Below, in pieces: positions 18,940 to 33,050 of a stretch of DNA of 64,000 nucleotides. The notes under the pieces were generated by a model. That model did not search any database. It was not told the origin of the DNA and saw only the letters and a program-made list of their open reading frames with translations. Location: the NCBI RefSeq assembly GCF_009914755.1, contig NC_060929.1. The stretch is one strand, 5' to 3'. A program made the translations under genes and the position numbers. This stretch comes from the human T2T-CHM13v2.0 reference genome, Homo sapiens. The number at the start of each line of letters is the position of its first letter. Positions within the stretch are counted from its first letter, which is position 1.

Positions 18940-19270
18940 GTACTCCAGCCACACCAACCTACTCAGATGTCTTTTCACAGCTTCCTACTCCCCACGTTCT
19001 GCTCCCTGAGCCACATTCCCTCTCATACTTGCCCTTCAGGACATGGGTCACTCACTCCACCTTCCTTCCTGGCTTCCATCCCTGGCTCAGGAGTCTCATT
19101 TACATGATCCTTTGCTCTGGTCTCACACATACAATTGTCCTTTGGTTGGTGTCTCCCTTGCTAGACTAGGAGATCTTCTTCCTCAGGGACCATGCCTTTA
19201 TCTTTGCTCTGTAAGTCTACTTGGTGTTTGGTACACAGTCTGTGCCAAAATAATATTTGTTGAATGAATT
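18940..19270 (+). mobile_element. LINE2 3' end
   Basis: GTCTCCCTTGCTAGACTAGGAGATC ... AATATTTGTTGAATGAAT. Confidence 0.7.
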
Positions 19271-19324
19271 ATGTATGCTGTGTCAACTCCTAAATAAAGA
19301 CAGGAATAAATAAATTACCATTCA

Positions 19325-19545
19325 TAAAAGTGAGGAACTTTGGAGTCTCATGTTTGAACAAGATGAGATGCAAGATGGGGAGCCATCCCTTTTTATTTCT
19401 CTATGCTGCCTTGCTTTCTTCATAGGTAAATGGGTATAATAATGATATCTACTTTGTAGAGTTAGTGTGACAATTAAATATGTTAACATATGTAATGGGC
19501 TTAGAACAATGACTAGCACAGGATAAGAGCTATGCAAATATCCTC
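19325..19545 (+). mobile_element. MIR
   Basis: TTTCTTCATAGGTAAATGGGTATAATAATGATATCTAC ... GGCTTAGAACAATGACTAGCAC. Confidence 0.75.
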
Positions 19546-20729
19546 TACTTTTAATTTTATCATCTCTTTATTGCTCATAAAGAGGAAAGGCTTTTCTTGA
19601 AAGTAAATGAATAAATGGTCTAAGACGTTTTGAAGCTGCAACTGATTTTTATAATATTATTTGGTAGAAAACAGAAACAATCTCAAGAAGAAGACAAATT
19701 TAACCCTGAAATGGCTATTTAGCTCAGCATCAGTAGTAAGATAAAACTCAAAAGGTCAGTGCCTATGTAGTCATTCACTCAAACTGAAAGTAGAAAAACT
19801 AGCATTTTGGAAATACAAAGATACACCACTCCTTGGAATGTCACTGGGGATTTTCCATAGTGGTATATTAGTGTTTCTGAAGTGAAAGGAAGCTTGTTGA
19901 CTCTGAGTTTTGATGTTGCATTAATTTTTCAATACTTTGATATTTCTAGATTAGCCCCTGCCAGGAACTCAATCCACCACTTTGTTTCTCACTGATGAAC
20001 AAACTGGTCTAATGTGAAACACGTGGAGAAGAAAGCACAGCTCTTCAGTTTGCATGTGTGAGACCCGAAGTTGTCTTTAATTGGTTAGAAAGTTTTTACA
20101 TCATGAGTGAAAAACAAGGCTTTTCAGGAGATACACAGATGAAATCATAAACACACTAGAGAGTTTTGAGGCTTTTTTGTTTTATCTTCATTTCTGGTCT
20201 CACAAAGTAAACACAAGATTTTTTCACAATGAGCACATATGTCAGGGCACAAGGAGGTACAGCTTAAGACCTAGGATGCAGAGACCATTGCCTGAACTTA
20301 AGTAAACAAAAACCCCATTGTAATGCATTGACATTACTAACATGGAAGCGATTGACACCAGTATAGTCTTGTAGCTTTACAGCTATCCCTTCCTTGGTTT
20401 CAGGTAAAATGTTAGTTGCACTAAAGGGAAAGATACTAGCCCATTTCCTCCTCGAATAGGCTTATTATGCACCAAACTCCTGTACCAGGAGCTTAAAAAT
20501 ACCTTTGTATTTTTATTTAACAGGTTTTTTTTTTGGTTGACTGAAGTATATTATGACTATAGACGCTGAGGCACATGTTCAGATCAGAAGGGACTAAAGT
20601 ATTGGATCTATCTAATATACAGATTTTCTCCACAGTCACTGCCAAAGGGAAGGGACCAGAAGCAGCCACTGATCTCTTCCCATAATGAATCATCACTGAT
20701 ATAGAGGTAAATCATCACTGATATAGAGG

Positions 20730-21150
20730 TAAAATGCTGATGACAGGCTGGAGGAAGAAGAAAAATGGGTAGGATCTGAACAGGACAGAAGAGTGGTAGC
20801 AATCTGAATGAAATGGTGTATAGATTCAGGAGCATTTTAGAGGAAATATCGACAAGATTTGTAAACTGATTGGATAAGGCAAGTATGAGTGTTCAGTAGA
20901 GAGATGAGTTATAGATGACAGGCTTCCAGGTGAAAAAAAAACGGGTGGGTGTGATGACATGGACAAATGGAGGAAGCTCGAGAGAGGGACAAGGGGAAGG
21001 TAAATATCATGGGAAATGGGGAGATAGAATTTGCTTCTGAAGATGTTGAAGTTAAGGTGTTTAAAGATAGCTTTCAAGTGTGGAGGCAGATACCGAGTAA
21101 ATAGGTGGAAATTCAGAACTGATTCTAGAAACAGTCGTCAGGGCTACAGC
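20730..21150 (-). mobile_element. LINE2 internal fragment
   Basis: Purine-rich reverse-L2 signature (AGATTCAGGAGCATTTTAGAGG, ATGTTGAAGTTAAGGTG). Confidence 0.6.
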
Positions 21151-21199
21151 TTCAGATTTTTTTTCTCAGTAATATTTAGAGTATTTTTTATAGGACTGG

Positions 21200-21430
21200 C
21201 TGTACATTAAATTGTCTATTCTCACCGTTTTCACTCTTTACTCACACAACAGCTCTGCAAGTATAAGCAAGATGCATTTATTATTTTTATTTCATATAAA
21301 AGGAAACCAAAGCTCAGAGAGGTTAAATAATTTGCCCCCAAACCCCAATGACAGATAATATCAAAGCCAGATCAGACCTATAACTTTTGAAATTTATGTT
21401 CATAATTTCCTAGATGCTATGCACTGGGAA
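21200..21430 (-). mobile_element. MIR
   Basis: AGGAAACCAAAGCTCAGAGAGGTTAAATAATTTGCCC. Confidence 0.7.
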
Positions 21431-22509
21431 ACTGAAGTCCTACATTTATTGCTTGCAAATATAGATTGCACCTATTGCAGAAAGGTGACACATAAAGCTA
21501 TGTATGTTGATACATTTCCTTGAGGACTGTCTAGGAGCCAGGGCAGGAAAAGAGGAATAAAATTGTTAGAGAGGGAAGAGTAGAAGCAGGAAGGAACTAA
21601 AGTCACAAAAAAAAAAAAAAGAAAGAAAGAAACTCAAAAGACCAAGGGGTAAAGGGCTGTCAATGGTATCAAAGATTGTTTCTTCCCTAATTTCCTTCCA
21701 CTTCCCATATCAGTCCCATCCAGAGTGGGCATAGATGAGTTCTCTCACAGCTAGATGAGTGAGTACTCCTGCACTTTACACAAAATACCTCTGCTGTTGT
21801 GGATAGAGCACATGTGTGTTTCCAACTTCAGCTCCTTTCCCACAGCTTCAAAGATTTAGCTTGAGAGTTACTCGAATATTTTAAGCTCTACCTCCCAGTG
21901 ATAAAGCCATCAGTAAATTTCACAAGATTCCACGTGTAACCTTTAGTCATAGATCAATATGTAATAACATACTTTTAAATGAAGATCACATCGGAGAGGC
22001 CATGTCTACACAACAACAAACAGATGTTTTGTCAAAGAGAAGAGTCTTCCTATGTTTGTTAGTAGCAGTATCTCATGGTGAGAACCAGTTCCTACTCTTT
22101 CCTCATCTTTGTTTTCAGTTTTATTTTAAAGAATTTGTTTCTAATACAGAGAGGTAAGTAAGAGGTCTTATTTCTCTTTTTCTACTTTATTATTTTCTGT
22201 CACAGCTTCTAGACAGTCCCAAAGGGAAATTTATCAATGTGCATTGCTTTGTGTGTCACCTTTCTGCAATAGATCCAACAGAGAAGTAAGAGGCTTTCAA
22301 AAAGCCAGGTTTCCTTTTAAAGTAGGCAAACAACATGCAAAAGAAAAGCAAAATGGGTTGAGTCAAACAATTTAATGAATTCAGTATAATGAATATTTTG
22401 AGTGGTTTCTGTGTATAGAGCACTATGCTAAGTACTCTAGGGATAAAAACATCTAAAAATATATCCCTCAAAGTTTGTAGCTTTGGTAGAGATAATAGTG
22501 CCCACAAAA

Positions 22510-22815
22510 TGTTCTGTTTGCTCTCCTGGATTTCTCAGCCCCTTTGGAGTTAGGCAAGGCCATGTGGCTAGTCCTGCCAATGATCTGTGGGTAGAAGGCC
22601 AAAGCATGGCTGGCTCTTTACCCCTCTGTCTCTTCTCCCCTTCCTTGACACTCACTAAGACTATTCTAGGTGGGATCATGCCACAGTGAGAGAGCCTCTA
22701 CCACCTGGAATCCTGAGTACCTGGATCAGATCTTCCCACTGTCTCATGTCAGACATACGGTGTTACAAATCTTTTTTTTTTTTTTTTCTCCAGTTAAGCA
22801 CCCAGCTAACATCTA
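22510..22815 (+). mobile_element. Old MLT1 (H/I/J-like) LTR fragment
   Basis: GCCCCTTTGGAGTTAGGCAAGGCCATGTGGCTAGTCCTGCCAATGA. Confidence 0.6.
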
Positions 22816-24342
22816 AGCAGGGTCTGAAATCTAGTCTGTACTCTGCTCTCCAGGCTTCATACCCTTGTGCAGAGCTGTAACTGCCAGGGAAGGCGTGCCT
22901 TTGTCAAATTTGCACAAAGAATCTTCAGAGGCTATGGTTGACCCCGGTAGGAAACACATATTTTAATTTGATTAAATCCTCACAGCATCTACAGTGTACC
23001 AAACACAAACTGGTGGGGAGAGAGGGGTCTTCAAAAAGTGCCTCAAAAAAATAATAGCAGTCTTAATTTGAAATCTTCTGTGAAGAAAAGTTTGAAATCT
23101 CTTCTGAAGAGTTAAAAAAAAAACTATAAAAAAGTGGATGTAAAACAGAGAACAGAGGACAAAGTACTATAAAAGTAGTGGATTTTTTTTTGTTTTTACT
23201 CATCTCTAAGACACAGAAGACAGATAAAAGCATTCAGGTTATATGGAAAAAGCAAACTCAAAATGTTGTGTGATAACAAAATATGTTTTTATGCATCTCA
23301 CATCTACAAAGTCTATCTAACCACAGGGATCACAAATTATTAAGGCAATTAAAGGATCTGCCACCTAACATGATATTACCACATGATTAGAAGAAGCCTG
23401 TGTAAGCTTTCTTGCCAATTCCAAGTTATCAGGAATGTATGAGTTTATTCTCTTTTTATGTCAATGTTACTGGAAATAAACTATTTTCTCAGTGATATGG
23501 TAGAGAAATTATAGTTATCTGTGAATTTTCTCTTCCCTCTTTTTCTCCTTTTCTCCCCTCCATGAACAGTGATTATGGAGGCCAGGGCCTCTTTCCTGCT
23601 ACTTCTCCAGCATTTCCCTGCATGCAAAAAAAGAGGATGATGCAGATATAGTAATGCAACATAGTGGAGAAATAAGTTATTCCTACTGAGCAAATGTAAT
23701 AAAAGTCATATATTTTTAAATGTTGCCTTTTGTACATGATAAAACTCAATAGGTGAATGATTTCTATTTGTCATTTAACCTCTCCATTCCTAAGCTATTC
23801 TCTCGTGAGCTTTCCATGCCACTTGGGCAACATGCTTCCATTACAACCCAGCCCACTAACAAGCCCAAGCCAAAGATTTATGTAAAAATCACCCTCAAAT
23901 GACCTCCTGGCATGCAAGTTTTCATTGGCATTTTTATTCATATTTAACCAATATTGCCTTTTCATTCGCTTTGTATTAATATATTTATGGCTATCATAGC
24001 TTATGTATTGTAACTAGATGAATGGAACTAAGTTTATAATGATCAAAACCATCTTTAAGTACACATTGTCAATATTTCAAAATGTTGTAAGCACAGAGAT
24101 GAGAGTACACTCCAAAGCGATTTACAGTTTTTAAATTATGAAATACTTGAACTAAGGACAAACTGCTGATTAATGAATGTTTATAAGTAGTCTGGACTAC
24201 AGAGGTAATAAAAATACAAATAAATCAGTTGATGCAACTGTATATTTTAAGGAAATACACTTTATCCTGTTGAGGACAATTTCTTCTTGAATATCAAAGG
24301 CACTGGGACTAAAAACAGACATGTGAAGTCCACAGTTGAAGT

Positions 24343-25100
24343 TGTCGATGAAAAGAGTCAAACTCTGTAAGATATTTTAAGAGATTTATTCTTAGCCAAA
24401 TATGAGTGACCGTGGCCCATGACATAGCTCTCAGGTCTTGCAAACATGTGCCCAAGCTGGTCAACATACAGCTTGATTTTATATATTTTAGGGAGGCATA
24501 AGACATCAATCAAATACATCTAAGAAACACATTGATTTGGTTCAGAAAGGTGGGACAACTAAAAGTGGGGGCTTCCAGGCTATAGGTAAATTTAAACATG
24601 TTCTGGTTGACAATTGGTTGAGTTTATCTGAAGACCTGAAATCAGTAGAAAGGAAGTGTTCAGGTTCAGATCAAGGATTATGGAGAATAAGTTTTATTGT
24701 GCAGAGGAAGCTCTCAGACAGCAGACTTCAGAGAGACCAGGTTGTAAAATATTTCTTATCTGACCTAAAAGCGTCCCTGGCTCTTAGTTGATTATCTCCT
24801 TGATCTGGAAAGGAAGGAAGGAAAACGAAGGGAAAATGGGATTCTCTATAGAATGTGGGTTTTTCCCACAAGAGACTTTGCAGGGCAATTTCAAAGTATG
24901 GCAAGGAAATATATTTTGGGATAAAACATTTTGATTTTCTTTCTTGTTATGCCAGAGTCAGACTGGAAAGTAAGTCACCACGTACAGGGTTAAATAAAAC
25001 CCATCTGACAAGAATTTACAGTCTGTAGGGCATGACTCCCCAGACCCCTTAGAAAGGAATTTGGGCAAGATTAAAATAAAAAATCAGAGCTTAGTCCTCA
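24343..25100 (-). mobile_element. MER4E/MER4E1-like 3' LTR
   Basis: Minus strand reads TGAGGACTAAGCTCTGATTTT...CATCGACA; preceded by the PPT AAGAGTGGGGAC. Confidence 0.88.
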
Positions 25101-26169
25101 GTCCCCACTCTTGGCTAAAAGGCATTCCATAGAATGCATGTGCAGGCCAACAAACAGCAGCAGGTCCCACGGTGCTAGGAAGGCTCATTCCTAGAGTTGT
25201 CTGATTTGGCCATCCGGCAGGGTCCCACAGTGCTAGGAAGTCTTGTTCCTGGAGTCCTCTCATTTGACGGTAATAGTTTTAAGTATTAGCGATTTGAAAA
25301 TGGGGGGAGGACACAGCCTGACCTGATGTACTAGCCAATTCTTTAAGGGGTAAAATGGAGTCAGGCTTATGGTTTAGACAAAAAAAAAAAAAAAAAAAAA
25401 AAAAATCCCGGATCAGATCTATTTTCTGAGCTATCATGACCTGGGTCTTTAATTGTGCCTTTCCTTCTGCTCTATTTGGCATAACATTTACAAGAAAATG
25501 TCTAGCATAAACATAGTGAAGATTTGGGCATCCAAGGTTATAGGTAGAATCAGAGGGCAATTAACAACCCAATTGCCAGGAAGAAAACCCTGCATGCATC
25601 ACCATATTCTTTGATCAGACCCACAATGTGTTTACCTTCCTTATTAAGGGTTATTTGAACCCTAGGATAAATCTTATTTGGAAATTGTGGAACCAACATT
25701 AAATTAGAATTTAATAAATTTAATCTCTTCTCTGGCCAGTTTATCTCCATAGGCATAGCATCCTGAGGAGGGTATAAATTAAATGCAAGAAATGCCTGGT
25801 CCTTGGTGTCTAAATTGTTATAGACTTGTTAACAGTAGACAAATCTATTCCCCCACCCCCACTTTTGTATTGCATCATATATTGGTATTTGGGAGATAAA
25901 AGGTTTTGTCACATGAAAGGTCATATAATTCTAAAGTGTCATTTTTTGTCTTGGCAGGACTCCCTATGGCTGAGGGCCTTAAGAGTCAAAAGATTTATAG
26001 CCAGTTAATTGTTCTAGGCCAGAAAAGAATGGATGTAGACAGGCATTCATTACTTCTGAAAATTATTATTTTAAGTAAAGTTTAAAAAAGTTGACAATAC
26101 TGTGGCACTGTGAAATCCACCATCATGTTTATGCTGAAACCAGATTTCCTTCAGGCTCCTTCTAGCTAG

Positions 26170-26547
26170 TGAAAGGTTCTCCCCAGGGCCTGAAAGCTTA
26201 AGGGAATGAATAATTCTTCCCTTTTCAGGCCCAGTCCCAAGGTGCAAGACGACTTGCGCCAGCAGTGTAAGCAAGATAGCAAAAGCAGGAAGAGAGCTGG
26301 CCAGAAGACTCCATGAAGACTAACAGAGAGGCCGTCTGGGTACTGCGTAGCAGTTACATCAGACTGAGACACTTCCTGTTTACAGGAGACTATAAAACCC
26401 CTGTCCCGTCCTCATTTGGGGGTGACGCTATTTTAGGCCTCAGCCCACCTGCACCCAGGCACTCATTAAAACAGTGTGTTCCTCCACACCGCCTTGTGTT
26501 GTTTGTTGGCGTGCTCTTGGGGTTTGAATCAATACAAGAGCCCTGTG
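26170..26547 (+). mobile_element. MER48 5' LTR of HERVH48 (HERV-Fb)
   Basis: TGAAAGGTTCTCCCCAGGGCCTGAAAGCTTAAGGGAATGAATAA; TATAAAA at 26391; ATTAAA at 26466; followed directly by a PBS. Confidence 0.85.
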
Positions 26548-26549
26548 TC

Positions 26550-26567
26550 TGGTGCTGAAACCCAGGA
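26550..26567 (+). promoter_or_regulatory. Primer-binding site, tRNA-Phe
   Basis: TGGTGCTGAAACCCAGGA versus the Phe PBS TGGTGCCGAAACCCGGGA; two CpG-type changes. Confidence 0.88.
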
Positions 26568-26697
26568 GGGACTCCAGTCCATGTCCCCTGTGGACCTACT
26601 CCTCCACCCCAGAGAGCAGGCCACAGCAGCCAGACAAAGGAAGCTCCTCAGCCTCCAGTCGCCTCTGTGCATGCACATTGGTCACTGATCTCGCCTA

Positions 26698-26706
26698 CTG
26701 GTAAGT
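26698..26706 (+). promoter_or_regulatory. ERV major splice donor
   Basis: CTG|GTAAGT consensus donor in the leader, ~130 nt after the PBS. Confidence 0.75.
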
Positions 26707-26929
26707 TTCCCTGGGAGCCCAGTAAACAGGAAAAAATCCACATGGCCTCTTTTGGTTTCTCCAGTCCGAAAATCCAACGTTGGTCCAAGAAGGCGTGGGC
26801 ATGTGCCAGGTACTCACTGATCATCTGGTTTTAGGGAGAAACCTCTAAGCCATTTGATCCCATTCCGGGAATGAAAAAGACAGCAAGGACAATTGCTCCT
26901 TTTATTGTCTCCCTCTGGCCATCCAAGAT

Positions 26930-28773
26930 GGGTCTCCTTTTCCCTGTTCTCCCAAACCTACCCTCCCTTGAGGGAAATTCCCAGTCTTCCATTCCAAAGG
27001 ACAGCCCTCTAGGCTGCCTCATAAAAATACCTACAAACCTTAGGCCTCAAGCAAGATATCTGCCTTAAGCGCCTTGTCTTTTTATGCAATTCAGTCTGGG
27101 CACAAAACGAATTGGATAATGGGTCAAAATGGCCCACAAATGGAACATCCAAATTTACAATTTTAACTGATTTAAGCAATTATTGATGACGACTGGAGAA
27201 ATGGGGAGAAATTCCTTAGGTCCGGGCCTTTTTGCACTCAGATCACAACCTGACCTCTGCAATTCTTGCTCACCTGTTCAAATCTTTCTCCTCCATTCTC
27301 GCTGCCCAGATCGCCTTTCTCCTCCCAATCCTACCTCTTTTTCCTCCATCGATCCAGCAGACTGCTGCCCACCCCTCCCAACCCCTACCTCTCCCTCTCA
27401 ACTATCTTCTTTAACCGCCCCCCGCCAGCCTCCTCTTTTATCTTCTCAGCTGCCATATTCTCAGCTGCCATCTTCCCAGTCACCATCTTCCCAGCCAGCA
27501 GTATTCACTTCTTTTTTCTACACCATCCCCTCCTCAGGACAATTCTAGTATTGCCTGTACCCATTCTTCTCCCCCATCTCCCTCTCCTGAGGCTTGTAAA
27601 CCCGTCCCGCCACCTTACACCCCTATCTATCCTCCACTGCCTGTTAACTCAACCCCACTTCCCCCTTCAAACCCTCAGCAGGAACCACCTCCAGATTCTT
27701 CCTTTTATCCCACCCATACTCACTCAGGCACCATCTTTGGCCCATGCCCCACCCTTACTTCAGTGCCTGTGCTACAGTGCCCCCTTTGGGAAGTAGCAGG
27801 AACTGAAAGTATTGTTAGAGTTCATGTTCCCTTCTCCCTCACTGATCGCTCTCAAATTAACAAAGGACTTTGTTCATTACCAGAAGAACCTACCTCTTAT
27901 ATTAGAGAGCTTCAGTACCTTACCCAGTCTTATGAACAAACCTGGCATGACCTCTATGTTATCCTCTCTTCCACCCTCACCCCAGAAGACCTGGACTGTA
28001 TCTGGACCCTAGTTCAGGCACATGCTGATACAATTCATCACCAAGCTCCTGTCCAGCCTACTGGTGCAGAGCCAGTCTCCAACCAGGACCCCCACTGCGA
28101 TTATCAAGACGGAGCCCCTGGATGCCACCATCGAGACCACATGATTGTGTGTCTCCTTGCAGGACTCAAAAAGGGTGCCCATAAAGCAGTCAACTATAAA
28201 AAACTTTCAGAAATCACCCAAGGTCCTGTCAAAAACCCAGCGCTTTTTCTCTCTCATTTAACTGAAGCCATGAGAAAGTATACCAACCTAGACCCAGCTA
28301 GCCCAGAAGGAACCACTATCTTAAACCTTTGGTTCATCTCCCAATCCACCCCTGATATTCGGCGCCAGCTTCAGAAGCTTGACGACAGCCCTCAAACCCC
28401 ACAATGAGACCATCTTAATTTAGCCTTCAAAGTCTTTAACAATAGTGACGTGGAAAGTAAAAGGCAAAAACAGGCAGAGTTTCAAACGCTTGCCTCCGTT
28501 ATCAGGGGCCCTGCAGGCCCATGGGGCCGCAACTCCACACGGAAGCCTCCTAGCAATCCATCTCCACCTGGTGCCTGTTTCAAGTGCAGCAATGAAGGCC
28601 ACTGGTCCAGACAATGCCCAAACCCAGGTAAGCCCAACAGGCTGTGCCCCCTCTGCAGAGGACCCCACTGGAAGTCAGACTGTGAGCAGCCCCCAGAAGG
28701 ACCACCCCCATCCCTTCCTGAGCCAGCCAAAACCTCCTACTCGGATCTCATCGGCCTTGCTGCTGAAGACTGA
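26930..28773 (+). pseudogene. gag: HERVH48 gag, disrupted
   Basis: CA-like ITQGPVKNPALFLSHLTEAMRKYT; two zinc knuckles CFKCSNEGHWSRQC and CPLCRGPHWKSDC; gag stop TGA at 28771; frameshifts and stops upstream. Start approximate. Confidence 0.88.
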
Positions 28774-31819
<3,046 letters not shown>

Positions 31820-32042
31820 TTGCAGTGGTGCAATCATGGCCCATTACAGCCTACCTCAGCCTCCCAAGTGGCTGGGACTGCAGGCATGTGCCACCATACT
31901 TGGCTAATTGTTTTTGTGTTTTTTGTAGGGACAGGGTTTTGCCACGTTGTTCAGGCAGGTCTGGAACTCCTGGGCTCAAGCCTTCCACCTTCTTTGGCCT
32001 CCCAAAGTGCTGGGATTAAAGGTGTGAGCCACCACACCTGGC
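31820..32042 (-). mobile_element. AluJ-type fragment lacking its 3' end and tail
   Basis: J-type TTTTTGTAGGGACAGGGTTTTGCC and CTCCTGGGCTCAAG; fused to ERV integrase at GCCCGAT|TGCAGTGG with no tail or TSD. Confidence 0.8.
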
Positions 32043-32139
32043 TACTGGCTTCTTGTGGCAAATGGTCCCCTACAGCCCTGGGCCAGACCCTGCACAGCCC
32101 CTGTAACTTCACACCCTGGCTCTGTTCTTCATAGCAGAG

Positions 32140-32380
32140 TAGGGAGCAGGAAAGAGCAGAACCCCAAGAATTAGGCGGGTGAAGTCCTAATCCTGCTGCT
32201 CCCTCTGCACAAGGTTGTCTTGGTCCTTTCTATTCTTTTGGCTTCCATTTCCTCATATGGACAATGAGGATTGAACTTGATCTGTGGTTTTCAAACAGGG
32301 TTCCAGGGAAATCTGGCAGATGTACCTCAGGGGTGAGGGGGCCCCATACCCTTCCCTGTTTCATCTAAAAACAGGGAACT
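32140..32380 (+). mobile_element. MIR relic followed by a hAT-Charlie-like relic
   Basis: TCCTAATCCTG...TTCCATTTCCTCATATGGACAATGAGGATTGAACTTGATC (MIR/MIR3 core), then CTGTGGTTTTCAAAC, a hAT terminal-repeat-like start. Confidence 0.55.
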
Positions 32381-33050
32381 CCTTTCCCAGGTGGCTGCTG
32401 AAGATGGTGGAGGGGCAGGTCCTGGAGCTTGATGGTCGAAGCCATCTCCCGGGCTTCCTGACTGCCATGGTGGCTAAGCAGGCTAGAAGGTGGGGGTCAT
32501 ACGCTGCAGGGGCATTAACATTTCTGGCAATGTCTACAGAAACAAGTTGAAGTACCTGGCCTTCCTCCTCAAAGGGATGAACAGCAACCCTTCCCGAAGC
32601 ACTTACCACTTCCTGGCCCCCACCACTTCCTGGCCCCCAGCTGCATCTTCCAGCGGATTGCGAGGCATGCTGCCTCACAAGACCAAGGAGGCCAGGCCTC
32701 CCTGGACTGCCTCAAGGTGTTTGACGGCACCCCACCGCCCTATGACAAGAAAAAGCAGATGATGATTCCTGCTGCCCTCAAGGTCATGCGTCTGAAGCTT
32801 ACAAGAAAGTTTGTCTACCTGGGGCACCTGGCTCATGAGGTTGGCTGGAAGTGCCAGACAGTTACAGCCACCCTGGAAGAGAAGAGTAAGGAGAAGGCCA
32901 AGATCCACTACCGGAGAAAGAAACAGCTCATGAGGCTATGGAAACAGGCTGAAAAGAAAGTGGAGAAGAAAATTGACAAATACACAGAGGTACTCAAGAC
33001 CCACATACTCCTGCTCTGAGCCCAATAAAGACTGTTTATCCCTCAAAAAA
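32381..33050 (+). pseudogene. RPL13A: Full-length RPL13A processed pseudogene
   Basis: 5'TOP CCTTTCCC; ATG 32404 (MVEGQVLELDGRSHL); [17 protein letters not shown]; [14 protein letters not shown]...[12 protein letters not shown]; TGA 33017-33019; AATAAA 33024; A-tail from 33045; intronless; frameshifts including a 17-bp duplication at 32606-32639. Confidence 0.96.

Noticed and set aside
22107-22160. Micro-exon between TTTGTTTTCAG and AG|GTAAGT
   Set aside because: Isolated splice-like motifs in AT-rich DNA without supporting context; cannot be distinguished from chance.
25157-25270. Imperfect ~59-bp direct repeat
   Set aside because: Inside the MER4 interior next to the PPT; most likely part of the element itself.
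27441-27500. 15-bp repeats encoding SSQLP-like units
   Set aside because: Pro/Ser-rich spacer of ERV gag, where such repeats are usual.
32717-33019. 100-aa RPL13A C-terminal ORF as a functional retrogene
   Set aside because: Upstream frameshifts separate it from the ATG, it starts at GTG, and it carries many CpG-decay substitutions.
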